Of a stretch of DNA of 64,000 bases, positions 9,682 through 19,531 are shown piece after piece. Location: contig DFBH01000074.1 in NCBI GenBank assembly GCA_002366545.1, positions 1,033 through 65,032 on the forward strand. The letters are read 5' to 3'. Origin of the DNA: Candidatus Oleimmundimicrobium americanum (lineage in GTDB: Bacteria > Actinomycetota > Aquicultoria > UBA3085 > Oleimmundimicrobiaceae). A program made the position numbers and the translations under genes. Position 1 is the stretch's first letter; each line of letters opens with the position of its first letter. Under the pieces are notes generated by a model that was given only the letters and a program-made list of their open reading frames with translations, had not been told where the DNA came from and ran no database searches.

Positions 9682-10596
9682 ATGCAAATGAAGTTTAAAA
9701 GAGCAAAAATTATTGTAAACCCGGCTTCAAACCACGGTGAAACCAAAAAGGTCTTCGGTAGAGTTAACGATTTTTTCAAGGGGAAGCTCGACTTCGACTT
9801 GGAGTTAACCGAAAAACCTAAACAGGCCATAGAGATGGCCAAAAAACTTCCCGACTACGATCTCGTCATAGCAGTGGGTGGCGACGGAACAATCTTTGAA
9901 ATAGTTAACGGTTTGGCATTAAGCAATAATCGAGAGACCGCTTTGGGGATTATCCCCACAGGCTCAGGTAACGATTTGGCAAGAATTTTAGGAACGCCAA
10001 AAGACATTACAAGAGCGTGCAATGAAATTTTGAACGGCCACACAAAAATGATCGACCTGGGGCTGGTAAATGGCGTATATTACGCAAATTCTCTCGGCAT
10101 TGGCTTCGACGCTCAAGTGGCTCACACGGCAAATAAGATAAAGGATGAGGTCAAGCGCTCAGGACTTCCTCTCTATTTGACGGCTTTGTTCAAGATACTT
10201 TTTAAAAATTATCACCCTTTTAAAATCTCAATAAAAATTGAGGAGGAGGATTTCTTCACGAAAAAGATCGTCCTGATTGTGGCGAATAATGGGATAAGTT
10301 ATGGTGGGGGCTTTAAAATCACGCCAAAAGCCAGAAACGATGACGGCCTGCTAAATGTTTGTTTGATTGATGAACTTCCGGCCTGGAAAGTCGTCCCCCG
10401 ATTACCCTTCGTGATAATCGGAAAACATGAGTGGATGAAATGCGCTCATACCTACCGAGCAAAAAAAATTATTGTGAGAGCTGAGGAGGAGGTCCTCCCC
10501 GCTCAACTGGATGGGGAATTGATAACGGACAATAACTTTTTAATTGAAATCGTGCCAAGAGCGCTTAAGGTCATCGTATCCAAGGAGGATGGATAA
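9682..10596 (+). CDS. YegS/BmrU-family lipid kinase (diacylglycerol kinase catalytic domain)
   Basis: 'AVGGDGTIFEIVNGL' and 'PTGSGNDLAR' DAGK_cat motifs. The stop overlaps the plsY start (TAATG). Confidence 0.75.
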   Translation: MQMKFKRAKIIVNPASNHGETKKVFGRVNDFFKGKLDFDLELTEKPKQAIEMAKKLPDYDLVIAVGGDGTIFEIVNGLALSNNRETALGIIPTGSGNDLARILGTPKDITRACNEILNGHTKMIDLGLVNGVYYANSLGIGFDAQVAHTANKIKDEVKRSGLPLYLTALFKILFKNYHPFKISIKIEEEDFFTKKIVLIVANNGISYGGGFKITPKARNDDGLLNVCLIDELPAWKVVPRLPFVIIGKHEWMKCAHTYRAKKIIVRAEEEVLPAQLDGELITDNNFLIEIVPRALKVIVSKEDG

Positions 10597-11240
10597 TGAT
10601 GCCAAAATATCTAATCTTTGCTATGGCAAGTTATTTAATCGGGTCCATCCCATTCGCTTACATTTTGGTAAAAAAAATAACCGGGGAGGATATAACGAAG
10701 CATGGTACAGGAAACATAGGAGCAATGAATGTAAAAAGAACGACCGGCTCCTGGGGATGGTTCGCGCTCGATGTTCTCCTGGATGGCCACAAGGGAATTA
10801 TTCCTGTCGTGCTGGCAAAATTTTTCGCGCCAATCGTGGGATTGGACGTCAATTTAACATGTTACGTGGCAATCTTCTTTGCAATTCTGGGGCACAATTA
10901 TTCAATTTATATGTTACCGATTAAAGGCAGGATAGTGGGAGGGAAAGGGCTAGCCACAGCGGGTGGTGCTATTCTGGCTTATAACTGGACATTCCTCGCT
11001 ATTGCTCTTTTCATCGCCCTTTTAGTTATATTTGCAACAAAATATCTTCTCGCAGGACAAATTGCGGTAACAATAGCCATGCCGATATATGTATGGTTTA
11101 TCTCTCCCAAAGATTTCTGGTTCATAGCCCTAATTTGTTTAATTATTTTCGTCAAACACGAACCTAGACTTCCCGGATTGCTTTCAGGTAAGGAACCTAA
11201 ATGGAATATCAAGGACCATCATCAGGTGAAAGAAGATTAA
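10596..11240 (+). CDS. plsY: glycerol-3-phosphate acyltransferase PlsY
   Basis: 'LIGSIPFAYILVK...HGTGNIGAMNVKRT' is the PlsY signature. The protein is about 210 aa and polytopic. Confidence 0.8.
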   Translation: MMPKYLIFAMASYLIGSIPFAYILVKKITGEDITKHGTGNIGAMNVKRTTGSWGWFALDVLLDGHKGIIPVVLAKFFAPIVGLDVNLTCYVAIFFAILGHNYSIYMLPIKGRIVGGKGLATAGGAILAYNWTFLAIALFIALLVIFATKYLLAGQIAVTIAMPIYVWFISPKDFWFIALICLIIFVKHEPRLPGLLSGKEPKWNIKDHHQVKED

Positions 11241-11360
11241 AAATATATCGAGAACACAAAAGTTAAAGGCGAGGATTATGCCATTTTCCTATCCTTAATA
11301 GATTGAATCCTACTCTTACTTCTAAAACCGGAGCCCAAACTATTCAGCTTGCAAGATCGA

Positions 11361-11768
11361 CTATTTACCGCCGCACTTTTTAGCCATCTCTTTAATTATA
11401 TCACTAGCTGCTAAAACACCTACAGGTCTATGCAAAGGGGGCTCGCTCATAATGACCAGGTGATGGATGTGTTTCTCCTGCATAATGGCAACAGCTTCAG
11501 AAACAAGCGCGTCGGGATTAACAATAATGGCACTGCCTCCCAGCACGTCTTCAGCAGTCACCTTATCGACATTTTTTCCATAAGCCTTCAATAAACCCAG
11601 GTCTGAGATGACACCACAAGCCTCACCGACTTCATCTACCACAACGACGCAGTGAACATCGTTTTCAGCCATCGTTTGAGCTATCTCGGAAACAAGTGCT
11701 TCAACATCGCAAGTAACAACGCCCCTATGCATGAGATCCCTCGCTAATAAACTTTCCATTTTTCCCAT
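11361..11768 (-). CDS. CBS domain pair protein
   Basis: Two CBS-like repeats in a 135-aa protein. Confidence 0.55.
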   Translation of the reverse strand: MGKMESLLARDLMHRGVVTCDVEALVSEIAQTMAENDVHCVVVVDEVGEACGVISDLGLLKAYGKNVDKVTAEDVLGGSAIIVNPDALVSEAVAIMQEKHIHHLVIMSEPPLHRPVGVLAASDIIKEMAKKCGGK

Positions 11769-12161
11769 CCCCTTTAAAAAATATCAGGTTTATATGATTA
11801 TTCTATCTTTAAAAAAATAAAATGTCATTAACATAACGGCGCCATAACATACCAAATTTCTGAGAATCAAAATAATATTATCTTAATAACTCTTAGAGAC
11901 GGCCACTTTGTGAAGCTTTTCCCCATTTCCACAGTTTTATCCACAACATATTGAGGATAAAATCTAAAAATCACTATATATCGTACGTTGCTCGTAAGTG
12001 ACTTTCTAGTAAATAAATGCACAAAAGTAATATTATTAGCAATGGACCCGGAATATAAATACAAAGCATATAACTTCCTAATAGATAATTCCAAGACCTA
12101 CCGGTTCTTAAATATCAGTAGCCGAAATATAGGACCAAGAACGACCGGCAACCGCTCCCGG

Positions 12162-14858
12162 CTATTTACTCCCAACCTTATCTATTCTCACTGCACATAC
12201 CTTAAACTCGGGAATCTTTGATACCGGATCGAGTGCGGGGTTGGTGAGCATATTTATTGGAGATTCCTTGAAGTGGAAGGGCACAAATATGGTCCCCTTG
12301 GGTATGTGTGAAGTTATACGTGCTTTAACTTTTACTTTTCCTCGGCGCGAGGAAAGTTCGACCCAATCATTATCTTTTATTTTAAGTTTTTTAGCATCTA
12401 CAAAATTTATCTCAACTCTGGCTTCCTTGCAAACCTCATTAAGACCCATGGAACGCCTGGTCATCGTGCCGGTGTGAAAGTGATACAGAAGTCTTCCTGT
12501 GATTAGGATAAACGGATAATCTTTATCGGGCTGCTCAGCAGGTGCTTTGTATTCAACGGCATGAAACTTGCCCAGTCCCCGCGTAAATTTCGCTGTATGA
12601 AGAATCGGTGTCCCCTGATGCGTTGCATCCGGACACGGCCACTGAACACTTTCCTCGCTTACCCTTTCAAATATTATTCCACCATAGGTTGGGGTAATAC
12701 TTGCAATCTCATTGGTAATCTCACCAACCGCAGCGTAATTCATATCATAACCCATGGCCTTCGCCAAATTGGAGATTATCAGCCAATCCGGTCGGGAGTT
12801 GCCAACCGGGGCAATGGCCCTTCTTACTCTCTGAACTCTTCTTTCGGTATTTGTAAACGTTCCATCCTTCTCAGCAAAAGTAACTCCCGGCAACACAACG
12901 TCGGCAAATTCAGCCGTCTCAGTTAAAAACACATCCTGAACAACCAAAAAATCCAACTTCTTAAAAGCCTCTTTCACGTGGTTTAAATCGGGGTCCGAAA
13001 GCATCGGGTTTTCGCCCATAACATACATCGCTTTAACTTCGCCACGCAAAACAGCATCCATCATCTCGGTGGCAACTAACCCGGGCTTTTCTGGAAGCTT
13101 TACTCCCCAAACATCTTTACATTTCTTAATAATCCCCAAATCACAGATGTTTTGATATCCGCTCACACAACCGGGAAGTGCCCCCATATCACAAGCACCC
13201 TGAACGTTGTTTTGTCCGCGAAGCGGATTTACCCCCGTTCCCGGCCTCCCAATATTTCCGGTAAGCATCGCCAAATTGGCAACGGAGAGAACATTGTCTG
13301 TACCCGTAGTATGCTGAGTGATGCCCATGGAATAAAAGATTGCTCCTTTTTCGGCCGAAGCGAATAATCTTGCTGCCTCCCTTAAAGAATCAGCGGGAAT
13401 ACCTGAAATATTCTCAACTTCCTCGGGCGTATATTTTGAAACCGTCTTCTTTAACTCTTTATAATCTTCCGTTCGTTTATCGATAAAATCCTTATCTTCC
13501 AAGCCCTCTTCGATTATCACGTTCATAAGCCCGTTTAAGACGGCAACATCGGTTCCCGGTTTTTGTGAAAGCCACATATCAGCATACTCCGTCAGTCGAA
13601 TCTCTCTGGGATCAATTACGATAAGCTTTACCTCAAAATCGGAGACCGCCCTCTTCATCTCAAGAGCAACTATGGGATGATTTTCGGTGGTATTTGAGCC
13701 AATAACAAGAATCACATTGGCCTCGTGTATATCGGCGATAGAATTCGTCATCGCTCCGCTTCCAAATGCTTTGACCAGACCGGCCACGGTTGGAGCGTGT
13801 CACAAGCGAGCACAGTGGTCGATATTGTTTGTGCCAATCACCGCCCTCATAAATTTCTGCATCAGATAATTTTCTTCGTTGGTACACTTTGCTGAGGAAA
13901 GACCGGCAATCGCGTCAGCGCCGTGTTTTTTCTTTATCTTTGAAAACTTGTCTGCAACAGTTTTAATCGCCTCATCCCAAGAAACTTCAACAAGTTTCCC
14001 GTCCTTTCGAACCAACGGAGAAGTAAGCCTGTCGGGATGGTTCACAAAGTCATAACCAAAACGGCCTTTTACACAAGTATTCCCCTTATTCACACCGCTC
14101 TCGACATCGGCTGAAACACAAATAATCTCTCCGTTTTTGATTTGGAGTTCCAACTCACACCCACAACCACAATAAGGACAGACTGTCTTAACTTTCTCTG
14201 TCTCCCAAACTCGCCCCTTGTATCTGCTCATCTTCTCGGTTAAAGCACCGGTGGGGCAGGTTGATATACACTGTCCGCAAAGTTCACATTTTGTTTCAAT
14301 AAGTGACTTGTCATAAGGAGTTGTTACTACCGAATCAAAACCTCGATTTGCGAAAGTATACACTTTATTCTGTTGAATCTCTTCACAAATGCGAACGCAG
14401 CGACCGCAAAGGATGCACTTGTTTGGGTCTCTTTCAATCAAGGGATTATAGTCTTCTATGGTGTAGATATGTTTTTCACCTTTAAACCGATTCTCTTCTA
14501 TTCCCAATTCGTAAGCTAAATCTTGAAGTTGACATTGGCCGGCGCTCTCACAAGTCAAGCAACTTAACTCATGATCGGAAAGTAAAAGCTCAACTATCGT
14601 TCTCCGTATTTTATAGAGAGGAATGGTATTTGTCCTAACAGCCATTCCATCGCCAACCTTGGTTGCGCAGGCAGGCAAAAAATTCCTCGCCCCCTCAACT
14701 TCGACGAGACAAACTCTGCAGGCTCCATAAGACTTGAGCCGCGGATCGTGGCAGAGCGTTGGGATTTTTATTCCATTTTCTTTAGCAACCTCAAGTATGG
14801 TTTGACCTGGTTCAGCTTCAATTTTTTCTCCATTTATTGTCAAATTAATTTTAGACAT
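12162..14858 (-). CDS. fdhA: formate dehydrogenase alpha subunit, selenocysteine-containing (in-frame UGA at 13800-13802)
   Basis: The N-terminal ORF (13800..14858) ends '...[11 protein letters not shown]' at a TGA. The same frame continues '[21 protein letters not shown]...', which matches the FdhF-type 'CARV-U-HGPSVAGL' Sec active-site motif. The N-terminus has a NuoG-type 2Fe-2S plus 4Fe-4S region. The C-terminus has a molybdopterin oxidoreductase domain. Confidence 0.85.
13750..13799 (-). promoter_or_regulatory. putative bacterial SECIS element immediately 3' of the UGA-Sec codon
   Basis: The mRNA after UGA reads CACGCUCCAACCGUGGCCGGUCUGGUCAAAGCAUUUGGAAGCGGAGCG. It has CGCUCC/GGAGCG complementarity and a GGUCUG core resembling the fdhF SECIS apical region (from memory). 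The fold has not been computed. Confidence 0.4.
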
Positions 14859-14873
14859 ACATGTTTCCCCCGT

Positions 14874-15302
14874 TTATTTTTCCTTCTTCTTTGCAACTCT
14901 CGCCCCAACCTCAATTAAGACACAGTCAATAAAGTCTTTAATAAAATTGGCTATGTCAGATGTAGAGACAATTCCTACAACTTTTCCATCGACCGTAACC
15001 GGCAAATATCTTATTTCAAGCTCCTCAAGCAAATGAGCAGCTTTTGTTGCCTCCATCTCAGGAGAAACAGAAACCATGCTCTCATACATAAAATCATTTA
15101 CTTTGGTCTTTTCAACATTTAAACCGGCACCAACAACCTCAACGCCTATCATCCTATCGGTAATTATTCCAAGAAGTTTTTCGTTGTCGACAACCAAGAG
15201 CGAGCCAACCTTTCTTTCTCTCATCATGGTCGCCGCTTCCTTCACCGTAGCGCCGGGGGAAATCGATACAGCGCCCCTGGTCATTATGTCTTTAACTAAC
15301 AT
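14874..15302 (-). CDS. CBS domain pair protein
   Basis: Two CBS repeats in a 142-aa protein. Confidence 0.55.
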   Translation of the reverse strand: MLVKDIMTRGAVSISPGATVKEAATMMRERKVGSLLVVDNEKLLGIITDRMIGVEVVGAGLNVEKTKVNDFMYESMVSVSPEMEATKAAHLLEELEIRYLPVTVDGKVVGIVSTSDIANFIKDFIDCVLIEVGARVAKKKEK

Positions 15303-15324
15303 AGGAAACTCCTTTCATTAAAAC

Positions 15325-17142
15325 CTACTTAGCAATATATATAGCATCGAACGGACAGTGCTGCATACAAATGCCACATTTTACACATTTGGTCACATCT
15401 ATTTCGTGTGGCTGTTTCTTTTCCCCGGTAATCGCTCCCATTGGACAATGTTTCTTACAAACTCCACATCCTCTGCACACATTCTCTTTAATTACATAGG
15501 CAATGAGCTCAGAACATACCCCCGCGCGACATCTTCCCTCTTTAACATGCTCCTCAAACTCTTCTTGAAAATACTCAAGCATCGTAAGAATTGGGTTGGG
15601 AGCAGTTTGCCCTAAACCACAAAGCGATGCGACCTTAACATCTCGAGCTAATTCTTCTAAAAGAACCAATTCCTTTTCGTCGCTCTCCCCCTTGGTCATC
15701 CTTTCAAGCATCTCGAGCATCCGTTTGGTTCCAACCCGACAAGGAACACATTTCCCACAGGATTCCTTCTGGGTAAAAGTCAAAAAGTATTTTGCTAAAT
15801 CAACTACACAGGAGCTTTCATCCATAACAACCATTCCGCCTGAGCCCACAATGGCTCCCGTTTGAGTCAAGGACTCATAGTCTATTGGCGTATCAAGAAA
15901 CTCAGTCGGGAGACACCCGCCGGATGGCCCGCCTATTTGAACCGCTTTGAACTTTTTATCGTCCTTTATCCCACCACAAATATCAAATATCACTTTTCTA
16001 AGAGTGGTACCCATGGGCACCTCGACCAATCCGCCGTTTTTGACCTTTCCTGTAACCGCAAAAATTTTGGTACCCTTGCTTTTCTCCGTCCCAATGGCAG
16101 CAAACTTGTCAGCACCGTTCGTTATTATCCAGGCAATATTTGCAAGCGTTTCAACGTTGTTAATGTTGGTGGGCTTACCCCAAAGCCCGGACTGTGCCGG
16201 GAAAGGCGGACGAATCCGAGGCATGCCTCTTTTACCCTCAATTGAAGCCATGAGGGCCGTCTCTTCTCCACAGACGAAAGCCCCGGCTCCTTCCTTCATT
16301 TTAATTTCAAAATCAAAAGAGCTGCCAAGAATGTTTTTGCCCAAAAAGCCCTTCTTTTTAGCATGCTCAACCGCAATCTTAAGTCGCTTAACAGCCAAAG
16401 GATATTCGGCCCTAACATATATATATCCCTCGGACGCACCAATAGCGTAAGCAGCTATCATCATTCCTTCAAGCACGCTGTGAGGATCGCCCTCCAAGAC
16501 ACTCCTATCCATAAATGCTCCGGGATCTCCTTCATCAGCATTACAAATAACATACTTCACAGCCCCGGGGGCTTTTTGGGCAAAACTCCACTTAAGACCG
16601 GTGGGAAATCCTGCCCCACCGCGACCCCTTAAGCCAGAGGCTTTAACTTCTTCAACAACCTCTTCGGGGGACATCTTGTTTAAAACCTTCTCAAGCGCTT
16701 TATATCCGCCACTCTCGATATAGTCATCGATTTCTTCGGGATTAATTTGTCCGCAGTTTCTAAGAACTATCCTATTCTGTTTTTGATAAAAGTTTATATC
16801 CTTATAAAGAGAAATCTTTTTACCGGTCCGCGAATCTTCATAGAGCAAATCCTCTACAACCTCGCCGCCAATTAAATGCTCCTCGACGATTCGAGACACG
16901 TTCTCCGCGGAAACCGTAGGATAAAAAACTCCCTCGGGCTGAATAACAACGATCGGACCCTGCTGACAAAAACCGTGACACCCGGTTTGAACAATATCAA
17001 TTTCAGAAATTTTCCGCTTTTTAAACTCCTCTTTAAAAGCGGATTTCACTTTTTCAGAGCCACTTAAAACACAGCCGGTCCCCGTACAAATAAAAACCTT
17101 GTTTTGCTTTTCTTTAACTTTTACTTTGACCACAATTTTCAC
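15325..17142 (-). CDS. NuoF-like NAD(P)H-binding flavoprotein subunit with C-terminal 2x[4Fe-4S] (HydB/HndC/FdhB type)
   Basis: 'GLRGRGGAGFPTGLKW' FMN/NADH motif, 'ESCGKCVPCRVGT' N3 cluster motif, an N-terminal thioredoxin-like Cys4, and two CxxCxxCxxxCP motifs at the C-terminus. Confidence 0.8.
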   Translation of the reverse strand: MKIVVKVKVKEKQNKVFICTGTGCVLSGSEKVKSAFKEEFKKRKISEIDIVQTGCHGFCQQGPIVVIQPEGVFYPTVSAENVSRIVEEHLIGGEVVEDLLYEDSRTGKKISLYKDINFYQKQNRIVLRNCGQINPEEIDDYIESGGYKALEKVLNKMSPEEVVEEVKASGLRGRGGAGFPTGLKWSFAQKAPGAVKYVICNADEGDPGAFMDRSVLEGDPHSVLEGMMIAAYAIGASEGYIYVRAEYPLAVKRLKIAVEHAKKKGFLGKNILGSSFDFEIKMKEGAGAFVCGEETALMASIEGKRGMPRIRPPFPAQSGLWGKPTNINNVETLANIAWIITNGADKFAAIGTEKSKGTKIFAVTGKVKNGGLVEVPMGTTLRKVIFDICGGIKDDKKFKAVQIGGPSGGCLPTEFLDTPIDYESLTQTGAIVGSGGMVVMDESSCVVDLAKYFLTFTQKESCGKCVPCRVGTKRMLEMLERMTKGESDEKELVLLEELARDVKVASLCGLGQTAPNPILTMLEYFQEEFEEHVKEGRCRAGVCSELIAYVIKENVCRGCGVCKKHCPMGAITGEKKQPHEIDVTKCVKCGICMQHCPFDAIYIAK

Positions 17143-17922
17143 CTATTTTAGATAAGAATGACAATAAAGTACTTCATTTCTCAACACTCTGACGGTCTTT
17201 ACAACATCCATTAATTCTTTATCAAAAGGATTCGCGATAACGGCATCCAAACCAACGGTTGCAAGCATGGCAAGATACGTTCTATCCAGAAGCGGTTTAG
17301 TCTCAGCGGGTGCTCCATTTGAAATATTGCTTAATCCGACGACCGTCTTAAGCGGAGGGTCATTTAATTGCCTGAACATCTTTATCGCCTCAATTGCCTC
17401 CTGAGCTTGTTCTTGAGCAACGGCGATCGGAAGGATTAACGGATCGAGATAGAGATTTTCCATCGGAACCCCTTTCTCCGCCATCTTCGCCATGATATCA
17501 ACCGCTATCGCCATCCTTTCATTGGCGTCACGCGGTATCCCTGTTTCAGTCATGGTCAATCCGATGACTTTTGCATTATATTTTGCGGCTAAACCCATCA
17601 TCGTCTCAAGCCGGTTTGGTTCCCCTGAAGCAGAGTTTATAATTGGCTGTTTCTTGCAAACCTTTAACCCCGCTTCCATGGCTTCAGCATTAGTGGTATC
17701 CAAACAAAGTGTTACATCAGCCACCTCTTGAACAGCATTTACAATCCACTCCATCATCTCCGTACCATTTTTGCGAGCCGGTCCTATGTTTATGTCTAAA
17801 ACGTTCGCTCCGGCCTCAATCTGAGCAACAGCTAAATCCTGAATCGGTTTTGGATCACGATCTTTCATCGCAGAACCGATTACTTTTGAAATAACATTAA
17901 TTTTCTCACCAATAATTAACAT
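17143..17922 (-). CDS. acsE: methyltetrahydrofolate:corrinoid iron-sulfur protein methyltransferase AcsE (pterin-binding)
   Basis: 'MLIIGEKINV...RDP.PIQ...LDINIGPA...LCLDTTN...INSAS...LYLDPLILP' is near-colinear with Moorella AcsE (from memory). Length is 259 aa. Confidence 0.75.
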   Translation of the reverse strand: MLIIGEKINVISKVIGSAMKDRDPKPIQDLAVAQIEAGANVLDINIGPARKNGTEMMEWIVNAVQEVADVTLCLDTTNAEAMEAGLKVCKKQPIINSASGEPNRLETMMGLAAKYNAKVIGLTMTETGIPRDANERMAIAVDIMAKMAEKGVPMENLYLDPLILPIAVAQEQAQEAIEAIKMFRQLNDPPLKTVVGLSNISNGAPAETKPLLDRTYLAMLATVGLDAVIANPFDKELMDVVKTVRVLRNEVLYCHSYLK

Positions 17923-17937
17923 TTAAACCTCCTGTTT

Positions 17938-18453
17938 TTAATTAAGTTTTTTCTCTTTAGCTCTTGTGTTACGTATAATTTCTCGAGCTTTTTTGGGCGT
18001 CAAACGCCCATGCGTTTCGTCATTTATCCTCATAACAGGGGCAAGACTACAAGCTCCCAAACATGCAACCGACCTTAAAGTAAATTGACGATCATGAGTT
18101 GTTTCCCCTTCTTCAATGCCTAATTCATCAGCCAACGCTTCCGTTATTCTTTTTGCGCCACTTACATAACAAGCCGTCCCATGACACACAGAAATCACGT
18201 TTTTGCCGACCGGAACAAGAGAGAACTGCGAATAAAAAGTGGCTACACCGTAAAGCTGGCTTAATGGAATCCCTGTCGCCTCCGAGACGCAGTCCAAAAC
18301 ATCTTCGGAAAGATAACCGAATTTTTTCTGTATCTCCTGAAGTAGTGGAATGGTTGCTCCAGCATAATTTTTGTACTTTTCAACGATATCTAAAATTTCA
18401 GAGTTATTAAATTCTCCACCATTTAATTTTTCACACTTACATAGACACGCCAT
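17938..18453 (-). CDS. NuoE-like [2Fe-2S] thioredoxin-like subunit (HydC/HndA type) with extra N-terminal Cys cluster
   Basis: 'CHGTACYVSGA...VACLGACSLAPV' is the NuoE 2Fe-2S motif. The N-terminus carries 'MACLCKCEK'. Confidence 0.75.
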   Translation of the reverse strand: MACLCKCEKLNGGEFNNSEILDIVEKYKNYAGATIPLLQEIQKKFGYLSEDVLDCVSEATGIPLSQLYGVATFYSQFSLVPVGKNVISVCHGTACYVSGAKRITEALADELGIEEGETTHDRQFTLRSVACLGACSLAPVMRINDETHGRLTPKKAREIIRNTRAKEKKLN

Positions 18454-18480
18454 TCAATCCCTTCTTTCCTAAAATTTAAT

Positions 18481-19266
18481 TTAACTTACAGCTTTTCCAA
18501 GTTCTTCCTTAAGAGAATTAATTTTCTCTACAAATATCTTATCCAAATCATAGGACGACTTACCTTCTATGTCAGCCAAACGAACCTTTTGGCTTTCATT
18601 TATCCAGCCAATTACGGGAGCATTGGGAATTATGCTCCTTGCTTTCTCCTCCATACATCTCTTCTCGCCCTTTCGAACTTTATTTAACACTAAAAAAATC
18701 TTTTCAATGCCTATGTCCTTTGCAAGTTTATTTATGGACTTTGCTGTTTCCAAACTGCGAAGGCCGGGCTCAACCACTATGACGAAGACATCAACCGATT
18801 CAGCCGTTCCTCTTCCCAAATGCTCGATGCCCGCCTCCATGTCCATGATGACCACTTCATCGCGTTCCACAAGCAAACTCTTAATCAAACTCCGCAAGAG
18901 AGTACTTTCCGGACAGATACAACCGCTTCCACCTTTTTCTACGCCACCTAAGACCAAAAGCTTTATCCCCAAAAGTTCTATTCCCAACTTTTCGGGAAGA
19001 TCGTCCACTTTAGGATTTATGCGAAAAAAACTGCCCACGGTACCCGGCTTCGCCCCGGTGCGCTCTTCAATCAGCTTCTTCATCTGTGAAATTGGCACAA
19101 TCTCCTGCTGTATTTTGGAAACACCGGCGATGGCAGAAGCAAGATTAGCATCAGGGTCTGCATCAACCGCTAAAACTTTATAACCCTTGTCTTTATACAG
19201 TCTGGCAAGCGCTCCTGCAATGGTCGTCTTTCCGACACCGCCCTTGCCCGTAATTGCTATCTTCAT
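18481..19266 (-). CDS. cooC: CooC-type nickel-insertion accessory ATPase (second copy)
   Basis: 'MKIAITGKGGVGKTT' deviant Walker A, a MinD/ParA-like fold, and an internal Cys motif. Confidence 0.75.
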   Translation of the reverse strand: MKIAITGKGGVGKTTIAGALARLYKDKGYKVLAVDADPDANLASAIAGVSKIQQEIVPISQMKKLIEERTGAKPGTVGSFFRINPKVDDLPEKLGIELLGIKLLVLGGVEKGGSGCICPESTLLRSLIKSLLVERDEVVIMDMEAGIEHLGRGTAESVDVFVIVVEPGLRSLETAKSINKLAKDIGIEKIFLVLNKVRKGEKRCMEEKARSIIPNAPVIGWINESQKVRLADIEGKSSYDLDKIFVEKINSLKEELGKAVS

Positions 19267-19289
19267 TTAAATCCTCACATTCATTGATA

Positions 19290-19530
19290 TACAACCCGGC
19301 CTTACGGCCTTGATAGCTGATGGCCCAAACTATAGACAATCAGCAAATTAAAAAATAAAAGTGAAAAAAGAAAAACTATAGATAAAAATTTAAAATTGAA
19401 AACCCAGCCCTAAAGGGCAGCCCTTTAAACCAGCTTTCAAAATCAGCCCTTAAAGCAGCCCCTATCCGTTAGCCAAAAGCTAAAACATAAAGACCAATAA
19501 CTAATAGCCATCTGCTATATGCCATCAGCC
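19290..19530. repeat. low-complexity intergenic block with 5 tandem ~13-nt CAGCCCTTAAAG-like units
   Basis: CCCAGCCCTAAAGGG/CAGCCCTTTAAAC/CAGCTTTCAAAAT/CAGCCCTTAAAG/CAGCCCCTATCCG at about 19397-19460, flanked by GCTGATGGCC / GCCATCAGCCATTAGCC words. Confidence 0.5.
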
Positions 19531-19531
19531 A

